A stretch of 64,000 bases of DNA from Antedon mediterranea (lineage: Eukaryota; Animalia; Echinodermata), in NCBI RefSeq assembly GCF_964355755.1, contig NC_092673.1, positions 33,043,648 through 33,107,647 on the forward strand, in the 5' to 3' direction. Both the position numbers and the translations under genes were made by a program. Shown here one piece after another: positions 1 through 12,500 of the stretch (position 1 is the stretch's first letter; the number at the start of each line of letters is the position of its first letter). Below the pieces are notes generated by a model that had not been told where the DNA came from, did not search any database, and saw only the letters and a list, made by a program, of their open reading frames with translations.

Positions 1-46
1 TGATAGTGTAGACAAAGCTTTAATATGCATATTAGTCGCAATTTAC

Positions 47-2552
47 CTATCAATTCTTCTGAAGTTTTCTTCCATTTTCTCATTGGCTAGCTGTGCTATA
101 TAATGTAAATATTCCGTACTGACAAGGATATGTCCATCTTTTGACAGAGGTACCTCCAAACCATGAGTGCTTCGTACCGCCTCATTAAGAAAACAAATAA
201 ACAATTTCAAATTTAATACATTTCTCAATATTCATTTACATTTCTATTAATAAAATTAAATGTAGAAGATAAAATATGTAACATTTGTTACGTAAAGTGG
301 GAATCTAATTTTATTATTATTTAATTTTTGTAGTTCACTGCTAACAATTTTTTTTTAATTAAAAAATTTCTTGTCTTTATATACACTTATTTAGTAAAAT
401 CGGGTTCTTTTTTTTTAAACGTATTGTATAATATATATAATATTATTTGTACTGCATATTTCAATTATCATTGTTACAAGGAAATAAAAGTTGTAATTAA
501 TTTATAATTTTTATATCTAAAGAATATAAAAATGAAAATAGGTAATTGTATTGATTACTTTGATATTTATTAAAACATACAGTTATGATTTTGCCTTTCT
601 TTCCTATGGATATCCCAGAATTCCTAAATCCAGATGCTATTGCAGCCTCATGCTTGAAGAAGAAAACAATCATAACAATGGAGTAATTCATAATGGTATT
701 TTAACAGATTTTAGCAAATGTCTGATTTTGAATTTAAGATAAGATAAGATAAGATAACTTTTATTGATCCTCAAAAAGGAAATTCATTGCTCGTCATAAT
801 AACAAAGAAAACCCAATAAAAACAAATATAGCATAAAACCATTCATATAAAAACATCTAAAAAATTACAAGATAAAATTATCTTCTTGACTTCCTGTTGT
901 ACTGGACGATACCGGAGGGAATAAAGGATTTAGCAAATCGATTTGTTTTCACACTGAGGAGCCTCAATCTACCACTTGGATTAAGTTGGTCTATGATCAC
1001 TTTGTGGAGAGGATGAGAGGCATCCGACTCAATGCGTTCGAAATCTTTCTGGAGGTGTTCTAGGTGCACATCGGTAAAGGAAGGCAGTTCCAGACCAATC
1101 ATTTTACCAGCCCGACGGATGAAAGTTTCAAGTACAGGCATACATTTAAAATAAATGTACATAAAACAAATACCGTATGTGTAACAAAAACGGCAAAAAA
1201 AAATACAAAATAGTGTAGCACATAAAAATCCCAAAAATTATGAACATAGGTGAAATTATAGATCGATAATTATTAGAATGTATGATCAATAGAAATGTTT
1301 TATTTTTATAAATTCAGAAAGCAAAAAAAAACTTGCATAGCACCCTCTAGAGTTTTTTTTTGTAGCGTACATGGTTTCAGAAAATATCACCACCTCTCAT
1401 TCTGCCTGGATCTACACTACCTTGATTTTGGAACCCAAAGCATTTAGGCTTTTGTGCCCCTCTTGACTGGAACTTCTACACTGGTTCATATGGCCTGTAT
1501 TTCATCAGATGGTGTTCCCCTGGTCTGCCCAGTGATTTTTAGTGTGGTTTTGAATTAATTACACTACATGTGTGATATTAATGATGGTACCTCCATGGTT
1601 GATGCCTACTAAACAGATTTGTTCTGATGATTTTTACATGGTATAAAGCTTACATATTTGTTTTCATTTAGACTTACCAAGATCCTAGCTTTTTCAATAT
1701 CTGAACATTGAACATGTAAAACAAATGGTTCAAACTTAAAGAATGCATTCCCAGTAATATTTGGCACACATTCCTCCTGCAAAAGAAAATCAGTAAATTT
1801 AATACAGTTTATATCATGGTTAAATTTAGAGCATGTCCAGCAACAGCACCACTATAAACTATCAAAATCTGATTCTCCTTCCTAGTAATGATTGAATACC
1901 AGTTCCACCAGGCTCATTTAACACTATTAGTTTCAAATTGTAGTCAATTCAAATACAATAAAGCATATTTTTTTACATGAAAAATGTTGAAACCCTTTGT
2001 GGGTCCATGTACGCTGACACTGAAAGAAAAGTGATTCTATACCAGTTGCTGATTGGACGAAAGTTCATGTGTTATATATAGCCATTCGCATCCTTTCTTT
2101 TGAATTCCACTTGCCTAAAAAATAAAATATTAAAAAAAAACATTAATTATGAAAACATTTATAATTCACATCATCGTCAAGCGAATGTTCGTTCCGGCTG
2201 TTTACTTTGTGAGGCTAATAGTACCGCTAGGCCTACTTGTAATCCACAACACGCTAGGCCTAACCCCAAGTACGCATTATTGAGTCCCCGTACTTCCATG
2301 TACTGCTGTCGAAACTGAGTCGAGACTTACTCTACTACTACTAGCTCAGTCTAGGCCTAGGCCTACTAGGCCTAGGCTACCAATCCTTACCTCTTGAAAT
2401 ATACATATTCGACCAGAACATGAGCTAGTGGTAAAGTAATAAGAACTGGCATTTATTATATCTATTAACGGTACAATAGCCTCGTCAATTGAACCTTTTT
2501 TACTTAAATCGGCAATTACCAATCTTGATTCTTTTGTTTTCAAAAAATTCAT
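47..2552 (-). CDS. TYW3: tRNA wybutosine-synthesizing protein 3 (tRNA-yW methyltransferase); 5 exons visible, 3' end beyond the left edge
   Basis: Exons 2552-2391, 2114-2043, 1776-1678, 652-581 and 180-47 splice in frame with GT-AG ends. Translation contains [58 protein letters not shown] and [12 protein letters not shown]...[14 protein letters not shown], all hallmark TYW3 motifs. Confidence 0.95.
735..1140 (-). mobile_element. 5'-truncated LINE 3' end (Rex1/Babar- or L2-like RT C-terminus) in TYW3 intron 3
   Basis: ORF 878-1234(-) ends with DASHPLH...[24 protein letters not shown], typical of non-LTR RT ORF C-termini; a (TCTTA)n tail follows at 735-757. Confidence 0.75.
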
Positions 2553-3592
2553 GTTTGAGAGAAAAACATGACAACTTCGAAAACACGTGTGTGACGTGAA
2601 TATAATCTAGTATGCTGCCACCTACATTTCAAGAGTTGTGGCACGAAGAAAGGGGTTGACAAACTTTTTAAAAGCGTTTCGTGATAAGTATTGGTTATTA
2701 AATTATCATAATTATACCAATAATATTTTTACATCACAATGTCATTGTATACGGGTATTAACGGAGTTTACCAGCTTCGAATACAATAACGGATATTAAT
2801 ACCTGGTAAACATGAGGAAAAAATAAGAAAAACCACAACATAGGCATATATTTCAATTTCGATTTCAGACACCTGGTACATACACAAAATATAAGACACC
2901 TGTATGATATGTTGTATGACGTCACATCGCGTCCTATTTATTTTCCCCTCATCGTATGACGTCACGTCATCGTACAGGTGTCTTGTTCTTCCTGATACTA
3001 ATATTTAGATGACGTCACGTCTTATAGAGCGAAACGAGAGGCATCGGTATTAATAGTGAATAATGTGACCCATTTATTAAATATACAAATATTAAGAAGT
3101 TAGACCAGGCCTGAGTTAGGCATAAACATTGTTAAAACAACTAATGATTTTCTGATTTATTCCACCTTTTCCATCTCGTTGTCACGTCTGAATCTATCCT
3201 AATCACAGTGTATAAAGCACATAATAGATGTTACCCATTATTTAATATAGTCTATAATTTTAATTAGGTTGTAGACAAAAATGTAATGAATAATTAGTCT
3301 ATTAGATCTTTTTTTCCTGTTATGTAATACCCAATTTCGCGCCGAATTATGAGTGACCCTATATGAAAATGGACGAGTCTGCAATTACACCACCAGTTGT
3401 ATATTTACACAACAAGAAATCCTGCTCAATGAAGGTACGACGGACGCGTTTTCGTAGCAACCAGTCATCCATGCCAGGTTTTTTATTCCGTTATGAATGT
3501 TAATTTGATCTTTGAAAACAACCTGTTTATCTAAGCGTACCTGTAAAATATTTATTCTACAACTCTTGGCGTGAAGAACACCCAAATACAAG
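2553..3592. promoter_or_regulatory. Putative bidirectional promoter region between TYW3 and neverland
   Basis: Divergent start codons ~1.04 kb apart; three perfect TGACGTCA palindromes at 2917, 2957 and 3010; CpG-richer than the surrounding introns. Confidence 0.5.
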
Positions 3593-6500
3593 ATGTTAAA
3601 AAATTGGTTTGTGTCGCTAATTTTGATAATTGTTAGCGCGATTTTAATTGTAGCGGTGACAGCCGCATCACCTGGTCTAAGTGAGAGGCTAAAGATTTTC
3701 GGCTTACCGTTGGGCTCAAACTTAGCTGATGTTGGACACCTGTTAGAACAACATATTCTAGAGTTTGTTAAATTACAAACGCCGATTTCGGTTTTATGTT
3801 ATTCTTTGTCAACGTATGTACTGTATAAATTATATTATATTTTGTTTGCACCGTTGTACTTCGTTCGTAAGCATGGTGATGTCGGTTATATAATTGAAAA
3901 CAAGAGCATCAATAAAAAAGATGTAGCGAATGATATAAAGAGAAGACGAAAGGCAGGAGAAGTACCACCAGTCTATCCCAACGGTTGGTTTAGAGTCATA
4001 GAATCAAGGTTCCTAAAGGTCTTTGAAGTTAAATATGTGAGCATGCTTGGTAAGTTTTAATATTATTATTATAATTAAAAAAATTAAAATTGAATCTGAA
4101 ATTGTTTGTTTTTGCTGCTAGAGGTCTACTGAAGTTCATATGTACAATACAATGCACTAAGTTGAATGGATAGTCAAAGTGGATTAAGCTGCAGTAATCT
4201 TATGTAATCCACCTAATCCCAAGTTGTCCTATCTACCTACTAGTACTAGGCTATATGCATATATAAAATCTCTCAATAATTCATATAGAATTGCAGATGT
4301 GATCATAAGCAGTTTATGTATTATTACTACAATGTATTAGTTTTTTGTTGTTTTCTTTTGTTGCTTTTGTTTTTCTTTTCAATTTGTTATTATTTGTCAA
4401 TAAAATACTGAATATAGCTTCTACTGCAAAATTCCCTTTCAATTTCTCCCTAAACCACCACCTCCACCCATGACAAAGTACGTCAGAATATTTTATAAAC
4501 AAAATATGTACGGTCTGATATTCTGACAACCATAACATGACAATGTTTTTTACTTTTTTATACACTTTGTAGATTGTATATTTAAAAATAAATAGTATAA
4601 AAACAACCCAGGACTTTTTCAATTGCATGCCCAGCTGCGTGCGATCGAGCAAACCAAGAAACGATCGCCTAAAAATACACTGTAAATCCTATATAATTAT
4701 TAGTGGTATGGCTCAATCATCATTACTTAGTATCAATTTTACCAATTTTTTTTAAAACCCAATGCAACGTCAACTAGAAAAAAAGCTTTATCGGTTTTAC
4801 GATTCTCTACAACAACAGTGGTAGTACAGCACTTACTACTTTGTTGTCATAGTACAGAAGTGTATAGCAATCCTATTGTACATTCCTTTTTCAGAACCTT
4901 AGCATGGTTATATTGTGATAATTATTGATTTTAAGCTTTTGTGTGTTGTATAAATACTCAGTTATGCAATACTCTAACAAACTATGCAGAACATGTATTC
5001 CAATAGGTTATAGAGTTCACACTGTTCAATACTGTTACATAGTATCAACCCATTTAATATTTAAGTTAGACTCCCTAACTTACTAATATTACCCCAATAG
5101 TTTATGTTTGGACTCCCTAAGTTACTTTCAGTAAAGTATACAACCATGAGTAAAGAGCACTGCCTGGGGATGTTCAAATACATCAGACATCATGTTTAGA
5201 TCCATGGAGTTACGCTTTCGTATCACAAGGAATGTCATATTACAATTAGCGTCATAACAGAAAAGTGTTCAGATTTGCTTAACTACGCTTTCGTTATAGA
5301 AACTGAAGTGTCACCGATTTGGGGCGAACACCTGGTATGCAGGGGTAAATTTGATTGATCAGAGGTCAAACGAAAGGAGTTGTACCCCACGTACGATATG
5401 AAAGCATAACTCCGTATGTCTGAACAGGCCCTTAATAACTGCAAATACCAGTGCATAAATAACAGTTCATAATTAGTTTTCAATTAAATAATTATAAACA
5501 TGAAAATTAAATTACCAAATTAAAACAACAATAAATCATTCTTTCATGTGAGGAGTAGTTGTGATGGGCAGTTACAGTATTTTAACTTTTATTATTAAAT
5601 AACAAGTACGTAATATGTGTTAATGTATAGTAGATTTTATATACAGTAGTTATTCCATAACTAGTACAAAATATTCCTACTATTAAACTCATAATCAATA
5701 ATTATTTGTACTTATGCTAGTAACAGCAGACAGCATGTTTACTTAATTTTGAATTGAATAATTAAGATCCTTTAACCAGTGGCATATTACGGCTATGAGC
5801 GCTCACTGGTTAAACTCAGGGGTTCAGAGCTTATGGGGTCCCAGAGCATGAGCAGCCCCTAAATAACCACCCAGCATTGTGCTAAACCATAGGAGTCTAT
5901 TCCGTGCCTGCTTACCTGGATAAACAGAGCAGTTGTGGCCCCTGAATTAGGGCTGTCCCCTGAATTAGGGCTGTTCCCTGAAATAGGACTATCCACCTTA
6001 ATATGGATGTCCCTTAAATAAGAGTGTCCCAAGGGAGGGGTTCCACTATTGTTCAAATTAAAAATTCAAATAATAATAAATTTTATTTTTTTACCATCAT
6101 CGATATTAAGCAAAAATTTCATAAAAGAGAAATCTGTAGCTGTTTTATTTGTGTGGTTTGCATTGCCAGCCAGGAGGGTGTCCCAAGAGCTTGCTGGCAG
6201 ATAGCAATCTGTACTTTGGACGCTATGCTTCATCTCTGATAAAACAACTGATCTCGTTGAGATGATGCCAGTTTGTTTCGTCCAATCAAATTCATTTCTC
6301 TTCTCACCTCATATTTATTCTGGTGAATGATTTGTCGAAAATGTTCCACAGGTCTTTAGGAAGTACTTTAGATATTTGTTGATTAAATCTTTGTAAATTA
6401 ACTATTAAAATGATTATTATCTCTGTCTACACTCAAGAGTAGGTAAACATGTTACGTTATTTAAAATACAAGATGCCATATCGCTCAATACATGTTTTTT

Positions 6501-9500
6501 TTGCCATTAGCTAGTATAGAGTGTCTTTATTTCCAGCAAAAGATCTGCTTCGATATCACCATTAAAATTTGGGGAAAAAATGGTCAACTAATCAATTTGA
6601 AAGAAATCTATTTATGTTGTTTTCTTTGTTAGTTTTGTACTTTTTTCTATTATACTCTTGTATTCCATTGAAATGAAAGTTCATTACAGCATTGTTGGAA
6701 AACACCATTGAGGTGAGCAAGTGTCAGCATAGTCATAGTATGTTATTATTATAGAGTATCAATGGAAAACTAAAGTAGTTGGAAAATGTCAAGATCTCAA
6801 CATTTAACCACTTACTGTAAATACTCTCAATATTACAAATCTACATAGAAAATTGATGTGCAAAATTGAAGGCAATTTTTACACAATACTGTATTCTGAA
6901 AAACTAATAATATAGTTACTAATAGATATAATTTCCCCATTCTTTATTCTTCAACTTTCTGGTGTATAGTATATACTAAATGTATTTACTTCTACTACAT
7001 CCAATAACCAATTTCTTAAATTTCAATCAAATGAGTGTAAATTATATTTTTAACTTTTCACTTTCTGTTAATCTTCAATAATTGCCTCATTAATCATGGT
7101 AATGTTCTGTTTTATTATGAAACTATTATTATTAAATAAATATTAGATCATGTTTTATTAATATTTTGTAATTGTTCACAGCCTCTCTGCATCTCTTACG
7201 TACCACTGTATATACAATAACCATTTAAAATGTCGTTTAAGCCCTTTAATGGAGCTCAGGGAGAAATGCACAGTTTACATTTAATCTGAAGTTTAAATGT
7301 CTTGGAGTACTTTGAATTTTCTTAGATAAGAAAACTGTGGATAAGATATTAGACATCAGTACAGTACCTACAGTACATTGCATACTGGAATATAACCAAT
7401 ACAGTTGGATGAACTTTATTAAAGTTCACATGACTATATATCTCAGAGTAAACTAAGTGATATTAATCACTAAACTGATAAGATACCCTATTTATTCAAA
7501 GTAATTCCTCTGTTGAATAAATTACCCCTATGAAACATTGTTTGGAATAAATGCCACAGGGTGGTAGTCTTTTCCCTTGCCCCACCTGAGTGGCCGAGCG
7601 GTTAAAGACAGTGGAACCATAATCCAGCTCACTCTCTCCATGGTTCTCCATGGTTCTGGTGGTAGAACAAGTCTTCTTGGATCAATAACATAGGTCTAGT
7701 GTACTGTACACACATTGCTAAGCCTCATGTGCACAAAGAACCTACTGTAGTACATTTTTTTAGACGAGTAGGGGGTTACCCCGGTGTACTAGTAAACCAC
7801 TGTGTCGTGAAGAGAAGAAAGAGCGCCATAAAAGGCTGCAGGAAGGTCATGACGAGACCCTTAGGTTCCTGCCGGTGTATTCCTGGCAGAATGTTTATAA
7901 TCCTGTAGAAATGTAATATTTATGAGAAGCATGTTATTGAAAGTGTAGCATTTAGTCCACAGCGCCTTGAGCACTTTAGTGGATATGAGCACTTTACAAA
8001 TCTTTTATGTTATTATTATTATTATATAGTGTACATACATATACTTTAGATGAACTTTTTTGTGTGTTTAAAACAATTTAAAAAAAAAGTTTTTTTAATA
8101 TTATTTTGTATATGTATTTTACCACTTGTTGATTAAATGTGTTGTAGTCTTTCATGTTTAAGGGGTTACCATTTTAACCCCCAAAAATTAGCGTTCCCCT
8201 TGAAACTACAGAATATTGTATGTAAAGAGAGCAGTGTCGTCTACAGAATTTTGATTCAGGTGGGACCAAGCTAGAAATTGTAATAGTGCTTTTTAATGCA
8301 TATGCCCTATCTTATGGATTGCACTTTTTGAAATTTTACAATTCTGAATCTGTCAATTCCGATCCCATTAAAAGTGTTAAACTGTCTGACTGTCATTATA
8401 ATTAGCTGCAAAATGATTTTTTGCTACTTTTATTTATATAAAAGTAATTAATTGTAATTTTGATTGATTTCGATATTCATTTCAGTAGTTTCATTTCTCT
8501 TTGGTATAATTCTGGCGTAAACAAAAACCAGGCAGAATTTGTGATAATAAAAAGTAATTATTCATAATTTCATTGTTACATATAAATATGGAATCAATAA
8601 TATCAATGGTTTGATTATGAATAATTGATTCATTACATTGAAAGTGCAAGTATGTATACTGTTTCATTGGTTCCATTCATTATTAAGTCTGGTAGTTGAA
8701 GGGTTTTAACCGGAAAAAAACCGTACAAAAGAAATTTTGATATCATTGGAAGTAGAATTTTATGGAGACTAACATATCCAAAATCGACAAAAATCCATCT
8801 TGGGGAAAATTATTAATTTACAGTAGGCCATTTTTACCAAAATTTTAAATAAAAGAAAAACGTGTCTAAAAATGTTTCCCCAAGATGGATTTTTGTCGAT
8901 TTTGGATATGTTATTCTCCATAAAATTCCGCTTCCAATGATTTAAACATTTCTTTAGTACCATTTTTCCCTATATTTTTGGTTCAACTACCAGACTTTTA
9001 GCAATCTGGGCAAAAAAGAATATTATCAGCTCGGAAAATGATTAAATCCATGAGGAATGGCAATATGAAATAATGTTATAATTCAGAGTGATCCTAGGAA
9101 AACGTTAGGTTCCTGCCGGTTTAATCCTGGTGGAATGTTGTGATCCTAGGAAATGTTAGGTTCCTGTCGGTTTAATCCTGGTAGAATGGCATGATCCTAG
9201 GAAAACGTTAGGTTTCTGCCGGTTTAGTCCTGGTAGAATGGCATGATCCTAGGAAAACGTTAGGTTCCTGCCGGTTTAATCCTGATCGAATGTTATGATC
9301 CTGTGGAAATGTAATATGATCCTGAGAATGTTTTTAATCCTTAGGGAATAATGTGAACCTTAAGGTGAATGTTATGATCCTGGGTTTAATATTATAATCC
9401 TAGGAGACTGTTATGATCCTGGGCTAATATTATGATCATTAGAATCTTTTTAATCCTGAGGGAATAATGTGATCCTAGAGGAGAATGTTATAATCTTAGA

Positions 9501-12500
9501 GGAGAATGTTATGATCCAAAAATGTTTTTAATCCTTAGGGAATAGTGTAATCCTATTAGAGAATGTTATAATCCTGAGAATCTATTTAATCCCGAAGGAT
9601 TAGTGTAATCATAGAGGAGAATGTTGTGATCCAAAAATGTTTGGGAATATTGTGATCCTAGGAGAATGTTAAAATCCTGAGTTAATTTTATAATTCCAAA
9701 AGGAATGGTGTGAATGGGAAAATGTATAGATGTATTTCAATCCCAAGAAAATCTTACAGTTTCAGTGTTTAGCTCTTAATAGTAAAGTAGTGAAATTGAG
9801 GAATCATCACAGAAAAACAATTAATTAAGGCTATATTATTCTGAATTGTTCGCTATATAAATCCAATCCAAATCTTATATTAGCTTTATAGATTACCATC
9901 ACAAGTTTACAAATCCACCAAACGTCAAATGGCTCAAATATGACTTATAATTAGCCAATCAAGTGTCTATTGGTGCTATAGAAATAAATACAATATTCCA
10001 TAGTAACAAAAACAAATACCGTAATCTAGCCGGGCTTATTAAAATCAATGACAATTGAACAACTAAAGTATTGATTGGTTTAAGGTATTTAATAGGCAAT
10101 CCTAGGTTAATGAGTATCACATCACATTTACTGATAGCAAAATGCAAAGTAAAGTTAATTATTTTATTTGCTAGAGACTGGATCCAGGTTTTTTAACATG
10201 TGGTATGACATTTGGGGGTGCGGCATGAGTCACATGGTTTGAGGTATTAGTTTATAGGTTGATAACTATTTCCTCCATGGTTTGAAAGAGGATCTCAATA
10301 CCACAATGGGTGTGAACATTCTAATTGAAAACTTCCTCCAATAAATCAAATCAAAATAAACAATTATTTATGGAGGAAATACAACTATAAGGAATTTTCT
10401 AAACCAATTCCTTCATGGATTTTACTATGGAGGAATTTGAAACCAATTCCTTCAGGCCATACTACTATCTAGTTAATAAGTATCTCAGAGAGATCATTAC
10501 AGTACTGCTGTAAATGTCTCTCATTTCGTGTTTACGAAGTTTTTATTAAAGCAGCCGGAACATGCTGCTGACACCAGAAAACCAAAACATCCTCAAATCT
10601 AGTCAGCCATTCATGAAAAACTGAACGGCACCAATTTAAATTTGTGCGCGAACTTAGTATGATTTGCATACAATTCTTAAAAAAACCTTTGTTTTTTAGC
10701 AGCCGGAACATGTTGCTGACACCAGAAAACCAAACCATCCTCAAATCTAGTCTGCCATTCATGAAAAACTGAACGGCACCAATTTAAATTTGTGCGCGAA
10801 TGTAGTATGATTTGCATACAATTCTTAAAAAATCCTTTGTTTAATTCTGTTAATGTTAATTAATGTTCAAAGGACATTCCTGTTAGGGGATATATTCCAA
10901 TCAGTAGCGTAATGCAGAATCCTGAGGCCCCTGGCTTAGGAACCCTAAGTAGCCCCTCCACTGATGGAGGTCTCGGGGGGTTTTTAGTCTTTTTCGACAT
11001 ATTTTAATGCCTGTTATTTCCTCTGGACACTGCTCAGGGACCCCCATAAGATCCGCGGCCCCTGGGTTTAGCCAATGAGTGCTCATACTGTAGCTGTAAC
11101 GCCACTAACTCCAATAGGAGATATATATTTTGACACTATGGTCAACCTTATTTCAGGGTACCCTTATTAAGGTAAAAAACTTTCTTTGGTCCCAAATTTA
11201 TCCCCTTTATAGGTGTTCTACTGTATTATGAATGGATATGATACAGTTGTATTTTGGTAATCATACGTAGTAAACCTCTACCCTATTCATATTGTCAAAG
11301 GTAGAGGTTTACCAATGTGCGTATCATATCATAAGATTGAATTGTTCTACATTCATTCATCACTAAGCACCTTGTTGGTACAAACAATGGCTGTTGCTCC
11401 AACAGAGTGAATGTTGTCAAAACACAGTCATTGGATCTCTTAAAGCTCAGCTACAGGCATGAAATTTTTATAAAATTTTTGGTTAATTGTACATAAAGCA
11501 AATATTTTTAACAGAAATCAAGACAAAAAAACATGAATTTCCATTAATATCGTCAAATACAAAATTTGGCAAAATTCTTCCATAAAAACCAGGAAGACTT
11601 TTTTTCAGTAGTTAGGTGGTTAACCTAATGTAATAACATGTCTGGTGACTCCCTAGAAGGTGAAAAAAGATGGTGGATTTACGGTGGATAATTTTTGCTA
11701 TAGCATGAAAATAAAAATCTGAAGTTGAATAAAAATACCAGAAATGTAATATTCAAGTTATATTACCTATATTTAGTTATCTGATAACATTTTTTACCAC
11801 ACTGTTTAGTTTTCACAGCTTTTTAAAATGCCTCTCTATTTACAAAATTTGTGTACAAAAGAATAGAGATTTTACTGTGTAATTTGAACTATCCCCCCAC
11901 TGATAAGAAAGTGCTTATTTTCAACAAGCTTGTGTAACACAAATAAAATCCCAAAAATTATGAAACATAGGGGAAACTATAGATCGATAATTATTGGAAT
12001 GTATGATCAATAGAAATGTTTTGCCTGCACCTGGCCTTTAAACCTTGTATACTCTATCAAACTTAATATGATGTGCCCATATATGGACATGATGACGTCA
12101 TATCACAACCATATTTGAGCATATCACAACCATATTTGAGCATATCACAACCATATTTGGGCACATACTTTATTTGTAACAAGTCTGATAATGTGTAGAC
12201 AAAGCCTTACTGTTTGGTGATTGACAATTCATCCACCAAAAAACTGTTGCTATGAGAAAATTTTACTCCACAGTATAGAAATCATTGTATTAATAATTTG
12301 TTATTTATATAAAAGTATTAATTAGCATATGTGGGACAGGAAGTTAATTTCCCCTCCTCCTTTAAAAAAAATAAATAAATTTCAGGTCAACATTAACCTT
12401 TGACACATCAGAACACTTTAATACAAATCGTGACTTTGATTCCTGGTTACTCTAAAAATTGCTTCTGTGCCCTGAATTTTCAATACCTAATCAATATTAG

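Noticed and set aside
11439-12042. Kolobok-like element bounded by TTAA with degenerate TIRs (right part similar to 1220-1303)
   Set aside because: The TIR match is too degenerate to call boundaries or family confidently; probably an old repeat.
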